Source: a bacterium (GTDB lineage Bacteria; SM23-31). Taken from it: 64,000 nucleotides of DNA. The translations under genes and the position numbers were made by a program. Numbering within the stretch: the first letter of the stretch is position 1; each line of letters opens with the position of its first letter. Positions 42,739 through 52,705 of this stretch are shown one piece after another. The notes below the pieces were generated by a model. The model was given only the letters and a program-made list of their open reading frames with translations. It did no database searches and had not been told where the DNA came from. The stretch covers positions 416,001 to 480,000 of the forward strand of contig OZ252239.1 of the NCBI GenBank assembly GCA_965249485.1, written 5' to 3'.

Positions 42739-44820
42739 ATGATTCAGGTAATGGCAGCGGTTCTGCGTAAAATAATGAGACATAACAAGAGAGCAATTAC
42801 AGCACTTTTACTTTTTCTTCTGATTTTTCCTGCTGACATGAGCCGTGCAAAAGTTCTACGGGTTGAGGTTGACTCGCGTGAAACCGTATTAGACGGAAGA
42901 AAATTTGGTACCTATGGTACCTACGAATTGATTCGCGGGACGGTTTATTTCAGTTTTGATCCGGGGAATCCCATGAACAGGCGCATTTCTGATATCACGC
43001 TTGCGCCACGCAATGCTGATGGTGAGGTCGAGGCATCGGCAAACATTGCTGTGCTGCAGCCTGTCGATCGGAGAAAAGCACGGAAAATCGGATTTGTCGA
43101 GATCGGCAACCGGGGCAATAAACCGATCTATTTTGAAATGAACCGTGCGGAAGGCAGGAATATCGACCCAGGTGATCCTAAAAGCTTCGGTAACAGTCTG
43201 ATGCTCCGTGAAGGACTTACGCTCATCTGGATTGGGTGGCAATTCGATGTACCCGTACGGAATGAGTACACACTCAATCTTACTGTTCCTGTGGCCAAAC
43301 ATGCAGTCGGTTCATCGATATATGGATTGGTCAGAAGTGACTGGACAATTGATGAGCGGCGGACGAGCCTCCAACTAAGCCATAGAAATCATGTTGCGTA
43401 TCCTGTCGCCGATCCTGAACACTCCAGTAATGTATTAACTGAACGGGACTATCGTGACGGTCCACGCAGAATAGTACCTCGCGAGTTGTGGCAATTTGGG
43501 CGGGATGAAGACGGTGTCAGCATTCCAGATCCATCATATATTTATATGAAATCGGAGTTCAAAGAAGGAAAAATATATGAACTGGTCTATCTTGCCAAAG
43601 ATCCGTCACTGGTCGGCCTAGGACCGGCAGTTGTCCGCGATATAATTTCCTATGCAAAATATGACGATGAAAGCCTTTTTCCGGTCAATTTCGGAATTGC
43701 ATCCGGCACATCACAGACCGGGCGGTTTCTCAGAAAATTTCTTTATGACGGATTCAATACTGATGAAGAAGGGAGAATGGCGTATGATGGACTGTTTGCT
43801 CTCGCAGCCGGCGGAGGACGCGGCAGTTTTAACCATCGGTTCGCCCAGCCATCACGCGATGCCCATCCCTCCTCTGCGTTCTTCTACCCGACCGATATAT
43901 TTCCGTTTACCGGCAGGACGCAATTTGACCCGCTCACTATGAAATCGGACGGTTTGCTCGCACATCTCCATAATTCTGATCATGCACCAAAAACTATGTA
44001 TGTGAATGCCGGCTACGAATACTGGGGTCACACAGGATCACTCATTCACACAACCGTCGACGGCAACAGAGATGTGGATGCGATGCCGAATGAACGCATC
44101 TATCTTCAAGCAGCCGGGCAACACGGAACGGGTGGATTTCCCCCAAGTGAGAACAGCCGGGTAACCGACGGACCTGTGTATCGTGATAATCCGCTCGATA
44201 TCGATGTTATCACTCGGTCTCTGCTGGTTAAGCTTGTCAATTGGGTGGAATCTGATGCGGAACCACCTGCAAGTTCGTTTCCGAGGATCGATGAAAATAC
44301 CCTTGTTCCCATAGAAAATGTTGATTTTCCTGAAATTCCCGGCGTTTTGTTTCCGACGACAATTCATGTTGCATACCGGACCGATTATGGCCCACGCTGG
44401 CATGAAGGTGTCGTCGACAATCAACCACCGAACCTGAGCACACCCTATCCGATGCGGGTTTCACAGGTTGATTATATCGGTAATGAGGTCGGCGGTGTTC
44501 GGAGTATCGAACTCCGTGCACCTTTGGCAACCTACACACCGTGGAGTCTCAGGACAGGTTTTATTGGAGGAAGTGAGCAATTATACGATTTTGACGGCAT
44601 GTTTATTCCACTGCCGCGTACCGCTGAAGAAAGAGAACAATGGGGTGATCAGCGTCCGAGTATCGATTCATTATATAATTCCCGTGATGCCTATTTAAAA
44701 CGGGTGCGTGAGGAGGCCCTGGAGCTGATAGAAGAGGGATTTATGCTTCCTGAAGATGAGTCGTATGTACTCGAACGTGCAGGACGTGTATGGGATTGGA
44801 TCATGAACGATTTGAATTGA
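42739..44820 (+). CDS. Secreted alpha/beta-hydrolase-domain protein
   Basis: Signal peptide; GTSQTG nucleophile elbow, GWQFD, EYWG, GNEVGG. Confidence 0.8.
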   Translation: MIQVMAAVLRKIMRHNKRAITALLLFLLIFPADMSRAKVLRVEVDSRETVLDGRKFGTYGTYELIRGTVYFSFDPGNPMNRRISDITLAPRNADGEVEASANIAVLQPVDRRKARKIGFVEIGNRGNKPIYFEMNRAEGRNIDPGDPKSFGNSLMLREGLTLIWIGWQFDVPVRNEYTLNLTVPVAKHAVGSSIYGLVRSDWTIDERRTSLQLSHRNHVAYPVADPEHSSNVLTERDYRDGPRRIVPRELWQFGRDEDGVSIPDPSYIYMKSEFKEGKIYELVYLAKDPSLVGLGPAVVRDIISYAKYDDESLFPVNFGIASGTSQTGRFLRKFLYDGFNTDEEGRMAYDGLFALAAGGGRGSFNHRFAQPSRDAHPSSAFFYPTDIFPFTGRTQFDPLTMKSDGLLAHLHNSDHAPKTMYVNAGYEYWGHTGSLIHTTVDGNRDVDAMPNERIYLQAAGQHGTGGFPPSENSRVTDGPVYRDNPLDIDVITRSLLVKLVNWVESDAEPPASSFPRIDENTLVPIENVDFPEIPGVLFPTTIHVAYRTDYGPRWHEGVVDNQPPNLSTPYPMRVSQVDYIGNEVGGVRSIELRAPLATYTPWSLRTGFIGGSEQLYDFDGMFIPLPRTAEEREQWGDQRPSIDSLYNSRDAYLKRVREEALELIEEGFMLPEDESYVLERAGRVWDWIMNDLN

Positions 44821-44897
44821 CGCAGATTATCATAAGCCCATGTGTTCAGGAAGAAATAGGACTCAAAAATAAATATTTGTGTTGTGATGAGTTGTAG

Positions 44898-45741
44898 TTA
44901 TTCGTAATCGACGTCGCCGGGGATTGTTTCATTCAGGAGTTCTTTGATAAACTCACTGTTCTTTTTATCTTTGCTATGCTCATAAGCGTTCACGAGATTG
45001 AAGAGAACACGTCTGATGATTGCGACTGCGTCGGTCTTTGATTGAAGTATGTTTTGGAGATCTTTTGCTGATAGCAAAGCGGTCGGTTTGAGGTCTTTTT
45101 CTTCAAATATGTGCCCACCATTGAAACAATCGAGGAAACAGGTCATATCGTAATACTGTACACTGGCAAGAAAATGTCCCGGCAGGTTGCATCCTTCGAC
45201 GTTCATCCCGAGGCGGTATGCAACAAGTATGTAAACACACACGAGACTGATCGGGATGCCTTTCCCCGACTGAATTACATGGTTAAGGTCGCTGTTCCGC
45301 GGATTGTAGTAGTCCTCTTCCGATCCGGTGAGTTTTTTAACCGTAAAAAGAAAATGTGCCACTTCGAGAACGTCCTTATAGCCGAATCGGGCAGAATATT
45401 CGTCGGCAAGCTTGTCTAACAGTATAGAGAGCTTGACCGGGTATGACATACCGTTCTGCAATTCCGAAATGAGACTGAAAGCTATTTCCAGTTTGTCGGC
45501 ATCGTCTTCATACAACATCCATTCTGTCCAACACTCTTTTGAGATGGTCTCGCCGGTGATCGTCAAGGATTCCGGTCACATATTTTTTAATCGGTACAGT
45601 GGGCGGTTCGGACATACGGTCGAGTTCTTTCTTGAGTGACGGACCGAATGAATCGAGCTCACGGATGACCGCATCCTGCACGACAGGAGAATCGTCATCG
45701 ATGAGTTGAATAAGATATGGTAATTGTTTCGGGTCTGCCAT
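44898..45741 (-). pseudogene. SirB1/transglutaminase-like protein, +1 frameshift at 45537-45540
   Basis: YYNPRNS, GIPISL, PGHFL, DCFNGG. The N-terminal ORF joins as DHLKECW after removing one A. Confidence 0.82.
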
Positions 45742-45852
45742 AATAATTCCAGAAATAAATCGTTGTGTTACTGTGTCACAAAATACAACTTTATCGAATA
45801 AGAAACAACGAAAATCGGGAAAATATCGAGCTGCTGCATATATTATATGAAA

Positions 45853-46938
45853 TCAGCGGACTATTGATGCGAATTTGAGCTCACTACTCTCTGACTTTAT
45901 CACCGAAAATGATATTCGTCCGATGATGATGCCGTTTTCGGTCGCAACATCAACACGCCAGTCGCCTGGTTCGATGCGCTCTTTAAAGGTATAGAGCCGG
46001 TACCCATCATCCCGCCCTCCGGAAATGTCGAGCGGAATTGTATCAGATACAAGCCACTGTCCTTCCACTCCATCAAAACGCTGCCAACGGTGGTAGATCG
46101 ACACCGCAAGGTCTGTCGGTGCAAACACCGAAGAAAAACAGTACACCCGGTCGCCTTCACGATAAATAAAAGGATTGTCAGTCGTTTTGAACGGTCGATA
46201 CCAGGGTGGACCTTGAAAAGTCAATGAATATGATGTTCCTGTGTCGCCTGTTGTTTTTTCGATATTATGATATATTCCACTGAATCTGAGTGCGAGCGGC
46301 ACCGGGGGAATCCAGTTTGCCGAGTAAAAAAAGATAAGCAGTGCAGTCAGCATGATAGGAATTCCGGCTGTTTTTCGGAATGTTAATTCATCTGTAAAGA
46401 CGGACTGCCGTTTCAGAAGAAATATAATCCCTTCGGCAGTTGTAAGACTGATAAGACTTCCGGTAAGGAATGTAACGAGTCCGATATGACCGAATAACAC
46501 AGGGACGAAAAAAATGAAGAAAGAAAAATTGACAAGAAAGAAGAGTGATATCTGCAAGTAGAGGTTTGTGTATTTTTTTCCGAGAAATTCATTTATGACG
46601 AAGAGCAGCAGCAACAGTGCAAAGAACACAGCCGTTTTGGTGAACGACGCACTCTGGAAATAGAAGACAACATACGCGCTGAACAGTCCGCCCAGCAAAA
46701 ACTGGATCGCGAACGGGTACCATTGTTTGTACTTCATAAGGATCGGGTGAAGGTTCACTTTCGGGGAACGTTCGATGATATTTACAATAACAATTAGGAC
46801 TCCGAGTATAAGAAGATAAAATAGGAGGATAACATTATCAGTCAGCCGGTCAATGCGGGTAAGTGTTAGACTGTCCCACGCAAATCCGGAAAAGAAAGCG
46901 ATGGCGGGAAGAAATTTTTTAAACCGTAAAAAATCCAT
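45853..46938 (-). CDS. Membrane protein with C-terminal DUF2914-like domain
   Basis: GFAWDSLTL, about seven TM, IPPVPL, FAP, GGRDDGYR, GDWRV. Confidence 0.8.
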   Translation of the reverse strand: MDFLRFKKFLPAIAFFSGFAWDSLTLTRIDRLTDNVILLFYLLILGVLIVIVNIIERSPKVNLHPILMKYKQWYPFAIQFLLGGLFSAYVVFYFQSASFTKTAVFFALLLLLFVINEFLGKKYTNLYLQISLFFLVNFSFFIFFVPVLFGHIGLVTFLTGSLISLTTAEGIIFLLKRQSVFTDELTFRKTAGIPIMLTALLIFFYSANWIPPVPLALRFSGIYHNIEKTTGDTGTSYSLTFQGPPWYRPFKTTDNPFIYREGDRVYCFSSVFAPTDLAVSIYHRWQRFDGVEGQWLVSDTIPLDISGGRDDGYRLYTFKERIEPGDWRVDVATENGIIIGRISFSVIKSESSELKFASIVR

Positions 46939-46962
46939 GAATAATTATTCATTTACGAATCA

Positions 46963-47006
46963 GAGATTGTCACGTCGACCCCAAACTTCGGGACTCCTCA
47001 CAATGA
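46963..47006. repeat. Solitary REP-like palindromic element
   Basis: GAGATTGTCACGTCG...CTCCTCACAATGA resembles the widespread GAGATTGCxxCGTCG...CTCCTCGCAATGAC intergenic repeat; single copy in the window. Confidence 0.45.
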
Positions 47007-47123
47007 TATATTGATAATGTTACCGATACGTTTCAATATTAGCTGTTGATTACAAAAAATCAGGATCGGATATTAAGAAAAGAGATTAATTACAGCAACC
47101 TCTGTAGTTAGTAATTCAATATT

Positions 47124-48428
47124 TTATTCTACACCACTTCTTACAAGATAATCCCACAACAAATTCGTCATTGTTCGCATCCCAACGGCAATTGATGCGT
47201 CGTCTGCGCGGAAAGTCGGGGTGTGGTGGCCGCCGGTTGTTGTCCCGGGTTTGACCATACCGAGCCGGAAGAAGAAACCGGGGACTTCGTTCGCAAAAAA
47301 GGAAAAATCCTCGTAGACCATGCTCCGTGGAACAATAATGGCATTTTCATCGCCAACGGTCCTCTGAACGGTCGACCACATTTTCTCAAAGAGTTCGGGA
47401 TCGTTGTAGACCGACGGGACAATTCGGTGGTAATTTAGTTTGTACGATCCGCCATAGGTTTTTGTGATCCCGTCGAGGATGTCACGCATCCGCTGTTCGA
47501 TCTCGTCCCGCACTGCCGGTTCGAAAGTCCGCACTGTTCCTTCGAGGTAGACTTCCGACGGGATGATGTTATACCGTTCACCGCTCTTGAAGATACCGAC
47601 AGTCACAACACTCGGTTCGAGCGGATCAATATTACGAGAACGGATTGTTTGAAGCGCCATAACTGCCTGCGATGCCATGACAATCGGATCGATAGACTCG
47701 TGTGGTGAGGCGCCATGCGCCTGTCTGCCTCTGATAGTGATATCGAACCTATCTGCAGAGGCGAGTGACGGCCCAACTGTAAAACCGATTATCCCCACGT
47801 CGAGCTCCGAAAGCGTATGCAAACCGAATACTGCTGATGGCCGAGGATCGCCGAATGCACCCTGCTCAAGCATCATCTTTGCACCGCCGCCTTCCTCAAG
47901 CGGAGGGCCTTCTTCTGCGGGCTGAAATATAAAGAGTACGGTTCCGGGAAGATCATCACGAAGTCCGGCAAGCACCGAAGCAACACCGAGCTGTACCGAG
48001 GTATGAATGTCGTGACCGCAGGCATGGCTGACTCCGACATTCTGATCGAGATAGGTTGTCCTGACAGTCGAATTAAAAGAAAAATCAGTATCCTCGATGA
48101 CCGGAAGCGCATCCATATCGGCTCTGACTGCAACGACCGGACCAGGTTTTCCACCCTTGAGCACACCAATGACACCGGTGTAGGCAACCTCTATTCTGAC
48201 ATCAATACCGAGTCCAGTGAGGTGGTCCGCAACGAGCTTTGCCGTTTCAAATTCCCGGTTGCTGAGTTCAGGATTTTGATGGAGATGGTGCCGGATAGCA
48301 GTGATTTCGTCGATATACCGTTCAACAGCAGCGTCAATCTGCGAATTTTGTGCAGGTGCAATTGCCGGCAAAAATATCACAATTAATGTCACCGATAAAA
48401 GCAAAAACTTCAATGTACGACTGTTCAT
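47124..48428 (-). CDS. Secreted M20D amidohydrolase, paralog 1
   Basis: HQNPEL, RADMDALP, HACGHD, FQPAEEG, EDFSFF, HH. Confidence 0.92.
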   Translation of the reverse strand: MNSRTLKFLLLSVTLIVIFLPAIAPAQNSQIDAAVERYIDEITAIRHHLHQNPELSNREFETAKLVADHLTGLGIDVRIEVAYTGVIGVLKGGKPGPVVAVRADMDALPVIEDTDFSFNSTVRTTYLDQNVGVSHACGHDIHTSVQLGVASVLAGLRDDLPGTVLFIFQPAEEGPPLEEGGGAKMMLEQGAFGDPRPSAVFGLHTLSELDVGIIGFTVGPSLASADRFDITIRGRQAHGASPHESIDPIVMASQAVMALQTIRSRNIDPLEPSVVTVGIFKSGERYNIIPSEVYLEGTVRTFEPAVRDEIEQRMRDILDGITKTYGGSYKLNYHRIVPSVYNDPELFEKMWSTVQRTVGDENAIIVPRSMVYEDFSFFANEVPGFFFRLGMVKPGTTTGGHHTPTFRADDASIAVGMRTMTNLLWDYLVRSGVE

Positions 48429-48461
48429 GGATCCTCTCCGAATCTATAACGTATTTATATA

Positions 48462-49754
48462 TCAGTCAAGTCCACCCGAAGCCAGATAATCCATAAGTAT
48501 ATTCGACATTACTTTCATGCCGACCTCCACGCAGGAATCGTCCGCCTGAAAAGTTGGTGTGTGGTGTCCGCCGGAAGTCGTGCCCGGCTTGACCATTCCG
48601 AGCCGATAGAAGAATCCGGGTACCTCATTCGCAAAATAGGCAAAATCCTCTCCACCCATTGTAGGATCGACTTCGTAAACATTTTCGCTGCTGACAACAC
48701 GCCTGATAGTCGGGAGCATTTTCTCGGCAAGCTCAGCATTATTAATCGTAGCGGGAGTGTTTTTGAAGTACTCCATTTCATACGTCCCGCCATTTGCCTC
48801 CGTTATACCGGTCAGAATCTCATTCATCCGCCGAATGATTTCATTCTGTACATTAACGTTGTAGGTGCGAACCGTTCCTTCGAGGTAGACTTCTGCCGGA
48901 ATAATGTTATACCGCCCGCCACCGCGAATGATACCAACCGTAATGACACTCGGTTCGAGCGGAGACAAGTTCCGTGAACGGATCGTTTGAAATGCTGAGA
49001 CTGCCTGCGCTGCCATCACAACCGGATCGACTGATAAGTGCGGTGCAGCACCGTGTGCCTGCTTGCCTTGAATCGTGATTGTAAAGCGGTCGGTCGCGGC
49101 AAGGGCGGGACCGATCGTATAACCAATGGTGCCCGATTCCATTTCGGAAAATGTGTGGAGACCGAAAATCGCGGTCGGTCGGAGAATTTCGAAAATTCCT
49201 TCTTTCAGCATAAGGTCGGCGCCACCTTCTTCACCCGGCGGCGGGCCTTCCTCGGTAGGCTGGAATATAAACATGATCGTACCAGGAATGTCTTCACGCA
49301 TAGACGCCAGAACCGATGCCACACCAAGCTGTACGGATGTGTGGATATCGTGCCCGCAGGCGTGCATGACACCAACTTCCTGACCGAGATAGGACGTTTT
49401 AACCGTCGATTTAAACGGAAGCGGTGTATCCTCGGTTACCGGGAGCGCATCCATATCAGCACGGACTGCTACAACCGGACCTAGTTTTCCGCCCCGCAGA
49501 ATGCCGAGAACACCGGTAAAAGCAATTCCGGTCGTAACCTCCATACCGAGCTCACGAAGATGATCCGCAACAAGCTGGGATGTCTTGAACTCGCGATTCC
49601 CGAGTTCCGGATTCTGGTGAATGATATGTCGCTCCTCTATAATTGCCGGCAGCAATGTCTCTACCGCAAGATTGATTTTGTTTTGCTGCGCAAAGAGATT
49701 ATTGAGTGGAACTAAAAAGGAAACAATGATGAACAACCGGATATATTTCTGCAT
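48462..49754 (-). CDS. Secreted M20D amidohydrolase, paralog 2
   Basis: Same motifs; collinear tandem paralog. Confidence 0.92.
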   Translation of the reverse strand: MQKYIRLFIIVSFLVPLNNLFAQQNKINLAVETLLPAIIEERHIIHQNPELGNREFKTSQLVADHLRELGMEVTTGIAFTGVLGILRGGKLGPVVAVRADMDALPVTEDTPLPFKSTVKTSYLGQEVGVMHACGHDIHTSVQLGVASVLASMREDIPGTIMFIFQPTEEGPPPGEEGGADLMLKEGIFEILRPTAIFGLHTFSEMESGTIGYTIGPALAATDRFTITIQGKQAHGAAPHLSVDPVVMAAQAVSAFQTIRSRNLSPLEPSVITVGIIRGGGRYNIIPAEVYLEGTVRTYNVNVQNEIIRRMNEILTGITEANGGTYEMEYFKNTPATINNAELAEKMLPTIRRVVSSENVYEVDPTMGGEDFAYFANEVPGFFYRLGMVKPGTTSGGHHTPTFQADDSCVEVGMKVMSNILMDYLASGGLD

Positions 49755-49934
49755 GTGTACATCCTCCGGGAATTGTTGTGGGTTTATTTTTGATTTAAAA
49801 ATGTTAAAGAATAAAAATCAATTCATTACAATTTCTCCGGTCTCAATAGACATATAAAGAGATCAGCTGATGGAGTATGGGTATATATGAAATGTTTGAG
49901 TTTGCTATACTTTTTTCTCATATCATTCCACGAA

Positions 49935-51167
49935 CTACACGGCTCTAATCGCTTCAATACGTTTGAGTACCGGGGGGTGTGAGTAGTTTAGAAACACATA
50001 GAACGAATGTGGAGTCAGATTCGACAGGTTATGCACCGAGAGCTTTTTGAGTGCCGCGACCATGTCGTCTCCTTTGTTCGTTGTCTCAACTGCATACTGG
50101 TCTGCTTCATATTCGTTTTTCCGGGAAAAAACATTCATAAATATTGAGAGCACAAGCTCAATCGGCGCGAAAAGCATTCCGAAAAAGACAAGCCCGCTAT
50201 ATATTGATGGTTGTTCTATGAAAAACGCAGCAAACAGACCATCATGCGTCAAAAATATCGAAAGCAGGTAAAACATAACACCCATATGAGTAATGGAAAT
50301 GATCATGCTTTGGATAATGTGTTTCTTTTTGTAGTGACCGATTTCATGCGCAAGAACGGCTACCAGCTCGCCTACTGTGTGTTTTTCGATCAGTGTGTCG
50401 AAAAGAGCAATCCGCTTGTTCTTACCGAATCCGGTAAAAAATGCATTCGATTTTGTCGAGCGGCGCGATCCGTCCATGACAAAGAGGCCCTTCAGCGAAA
50501 AATTCACCGATTTCGCATATCCAAGCACGGCATCTTTCAGTTCACCTGATTCTATCGGTGTAAATTTGTTAAAGAGCGGCATGATCCAGGTTGGTGCTAC
50601 ATAGTGAATTACGAGCGTAAACAGCGTCGTTGCAATCCAACAGTAGAGCCAGGCACGTGAGCCCGTAAATTCAAAAAAAACAAGAACACCTGCCAGAAGC
50701 AACCCTCCGATTACTGCTGTTAAGAGTATACCTTTCAGTAAGTCTTTAATGAATGTTGCCGGGGTGGTTTTGTTGAATCCAAATTTTTCTTCGATCACAA
50801 ACGTTTTGTAGATACTGAACGGCAGTGAGATAATTGTTTTTGAGAAGATAAGAATTCCTACAAATAATAGCCCTGTCAAGACTGGGGCGTAGTCCCACGA
50901 TCTGACGATGGTATCGAACCAGTTGAATCCTCGGGCAAACCAGAATCCGAGCGTAAGTACAAGTCCGAACGATGCAGTAAGAAATCCGAACTTCGTATTA
51001 ACTCGTGTGTAGTTCTGCGATTTTTTATACGTTTCGGCATCGTACACTCCCTCAAATTCACTCGGAAGTGTCTCACTCAGTGCGTTCAGATTCAGGATTT
51101 CCGTAACAATTTTCAGCACAATATCTATCAACAGTGCGGCAAGAATTATTACCATATATATGTTCAT
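49935..51167 (-). CDS. M48 zinc metalloprotease (Ste24/CAAX protease-like)
   Basis: FVIEEKFGFN, NAFFTG, HEIGH, EYEAD, SHPP. Confidence 0.95.
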   Translation of the reverse strand: MNIYMVIILAALLIDIVLKIVTEILNLNALSETLPSEFEGVYDAETYKKSQNYTRVNTKFGFLTASFGLVLTLGFWFARGFNWFDTIVRSWDYAPVLTGLLFVGILIFSKTIISLPFSIYKTFVIEEKFGFNKTTPATFIKDLLKGILLTAVIGGLLLAGVLVFFEFTGSRAWLYCWIATTLFTLVIHYVAPTWIMPLFNKFTPIESGELKDAVLGYAKSVNFSLKGLFVMDGSRRSTKSNAFFTGFGKNKRIALFDTLIEKHTVGELVAVLAHEIGHYKKKHIIQSMIISITHMGVMFYLLSIFLTHDGLFAAFFIEQPSIYSGLVFFGMLFAPIELVLSIFMNVFSRKNEYEADQYAVETTNKGDDMVAALKKLSVHNLSNLTPHSFYVFLNYSHPPVLKRIEAIRAV

Positions 51168-51484
51168 AAATGATCCTCAGAGTAAAACATTGCGAATTCA
51201 CATGGATGTTATCAAATAAGTTGAGCAGAAATTAATTTATTATTCAGACAATGTCAATTATGTTATGTGAAAATTTGACAAATAGACAATTTTTATTGAA
51301 TGTTGTATAAAATATAGTTGTATTCTTTTACGAACACGAAGTATTACAGCTGAAAAATGTGAATTAACATGCCTGCATTAGAACCATTTTTTTAGCTTGC
51401 TATCAAATAATCCAAGGAGTATATTGAATCCCGATCTGATACTCCAAACTCATTCTATCGGAAACATTCTATCCCTACACCACA

Positions 51485-51685
51485 ATGAAGCAGAAACTTA
51501 CAGCTTATTTTAAACTGACTAAACCGACGATCATGACACTTGTGTTGTTCACGGGAACAACTGCGCTCTTGTTGGAAAAATCGGCGCTCGGTAATCCGGC
51601 ACAATTTGCGTTGATTCTTCTCGGACTTTACCTGACGGGCGGTGGAGCAAACGCATTAAACCAGTTATGTTATGTGAAAATTTGA
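51485..51685 (+). pseudogene. Truncated ctaB 5' copy 1
   Basis: First 60 aa identical to CtaB, then junction-encoded LCYVKI*. Confidence 0.9.
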
Positions 51686-51891
51686 CAAATAGACAATTTT
51701 TATTGAATGTTGTATAAAATATAGTTGTATTCTTTTACGAACACGAAGTATTACAGCTGAAAAATGTGAATTAACATGCCTGCATTAGAACCATTTTTTT
51801 AGCTTGCTATCAAATAATCCAAGGAGTATATTGAATCCCGATCTGATACTCCAAACTCATTCTATCGGAAACATTCTATCCCTACACCACA

Positions 51892-52092
51892 ATGAAGCAG
51901 AAACTTACAGCTTATTTTAAACTGACTAAACCGACGATCATGACACTTGTGTTGTTCACGGGAACAACTGCGCTCTTGTTGGAAAAATCGGCGCTCGGTA
52001 ATCCGGCACAATTTGCGTTGATTCTTCTCGGACTTTACCTGACGGGCGGTGGAGCAAACGCATTAAACCAGTTATGTTATGTGAAAATTTGA
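51892..52092 (+). pseudogene. Truncated ctaB 5' copy 2
   Basis: Identical to copy 1. Confidence 0.9.
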
Positions 52093-52298
52093 CAAATAGA
52101 CAATTTTTATTGAATGTTGTATAAAATATAGTTGTATTCTTTTACGAACACGAAGTATTACAGCTGAAAAATGTGAATTAACATGCCTGCATTAGAACCA
52201 TTTTTTTAGCTTGCTATCAAATAATCCAAGGAGTATATTGAATCCCGATCTGATACTCCAAACTCATTCTATCGGAAACATTCTATCCCTACACCACA

Positions 52299-52499
52299 AT
52301 GAAGCAGAAACTTACAGCTTATTTTAAACTGACTAAACCGACGATCATGACACTTGTGTTGTTCACGGGAACAACTGCGCTCTTGTTGGAAAAATCGGCG
52401 CTCGGTAATCCGGCACAATTTGCGTTGATTCTTCTCGGACTTTACCTGACGGGCGGTGGAGCAAACGCATTAAACCAGTTATGTTATGTGAAAATTTGA
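52299..52499 (+). pseudogene. Truncated ctaB 5' copy 3
   Basis: Identical to copy 1. Confidence 0.9.
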
Positions 52500-52617
52500 C
52501 AAATAGACAATTTTTATTGAATGTTGTATAAAATATAGTTGTATTCTTTTACGAACACGAAGTATTACAGCTGAAAAATGTGAATTAACATGCCTGCATT
52601 AGAACCATTTTTTTAGC

Positions 52618-52646
52618 TTGCTATCAAATAATCCAAGGAGTATATT
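52618..52646 (+). promoter_or_regulatory. sigma70-like ctaB promoter (also at 51397, 51804, 52211)
   Basis: TTGCTA-N17-TATATT about 60 nt before the ATG. Confidence 0.5.
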
Positions 52647-52705
52647 GAATCCCGATCTGATACTCCAAACTCATTCTATCGGAAACATTCTATCCCTACA
52701 CCACA

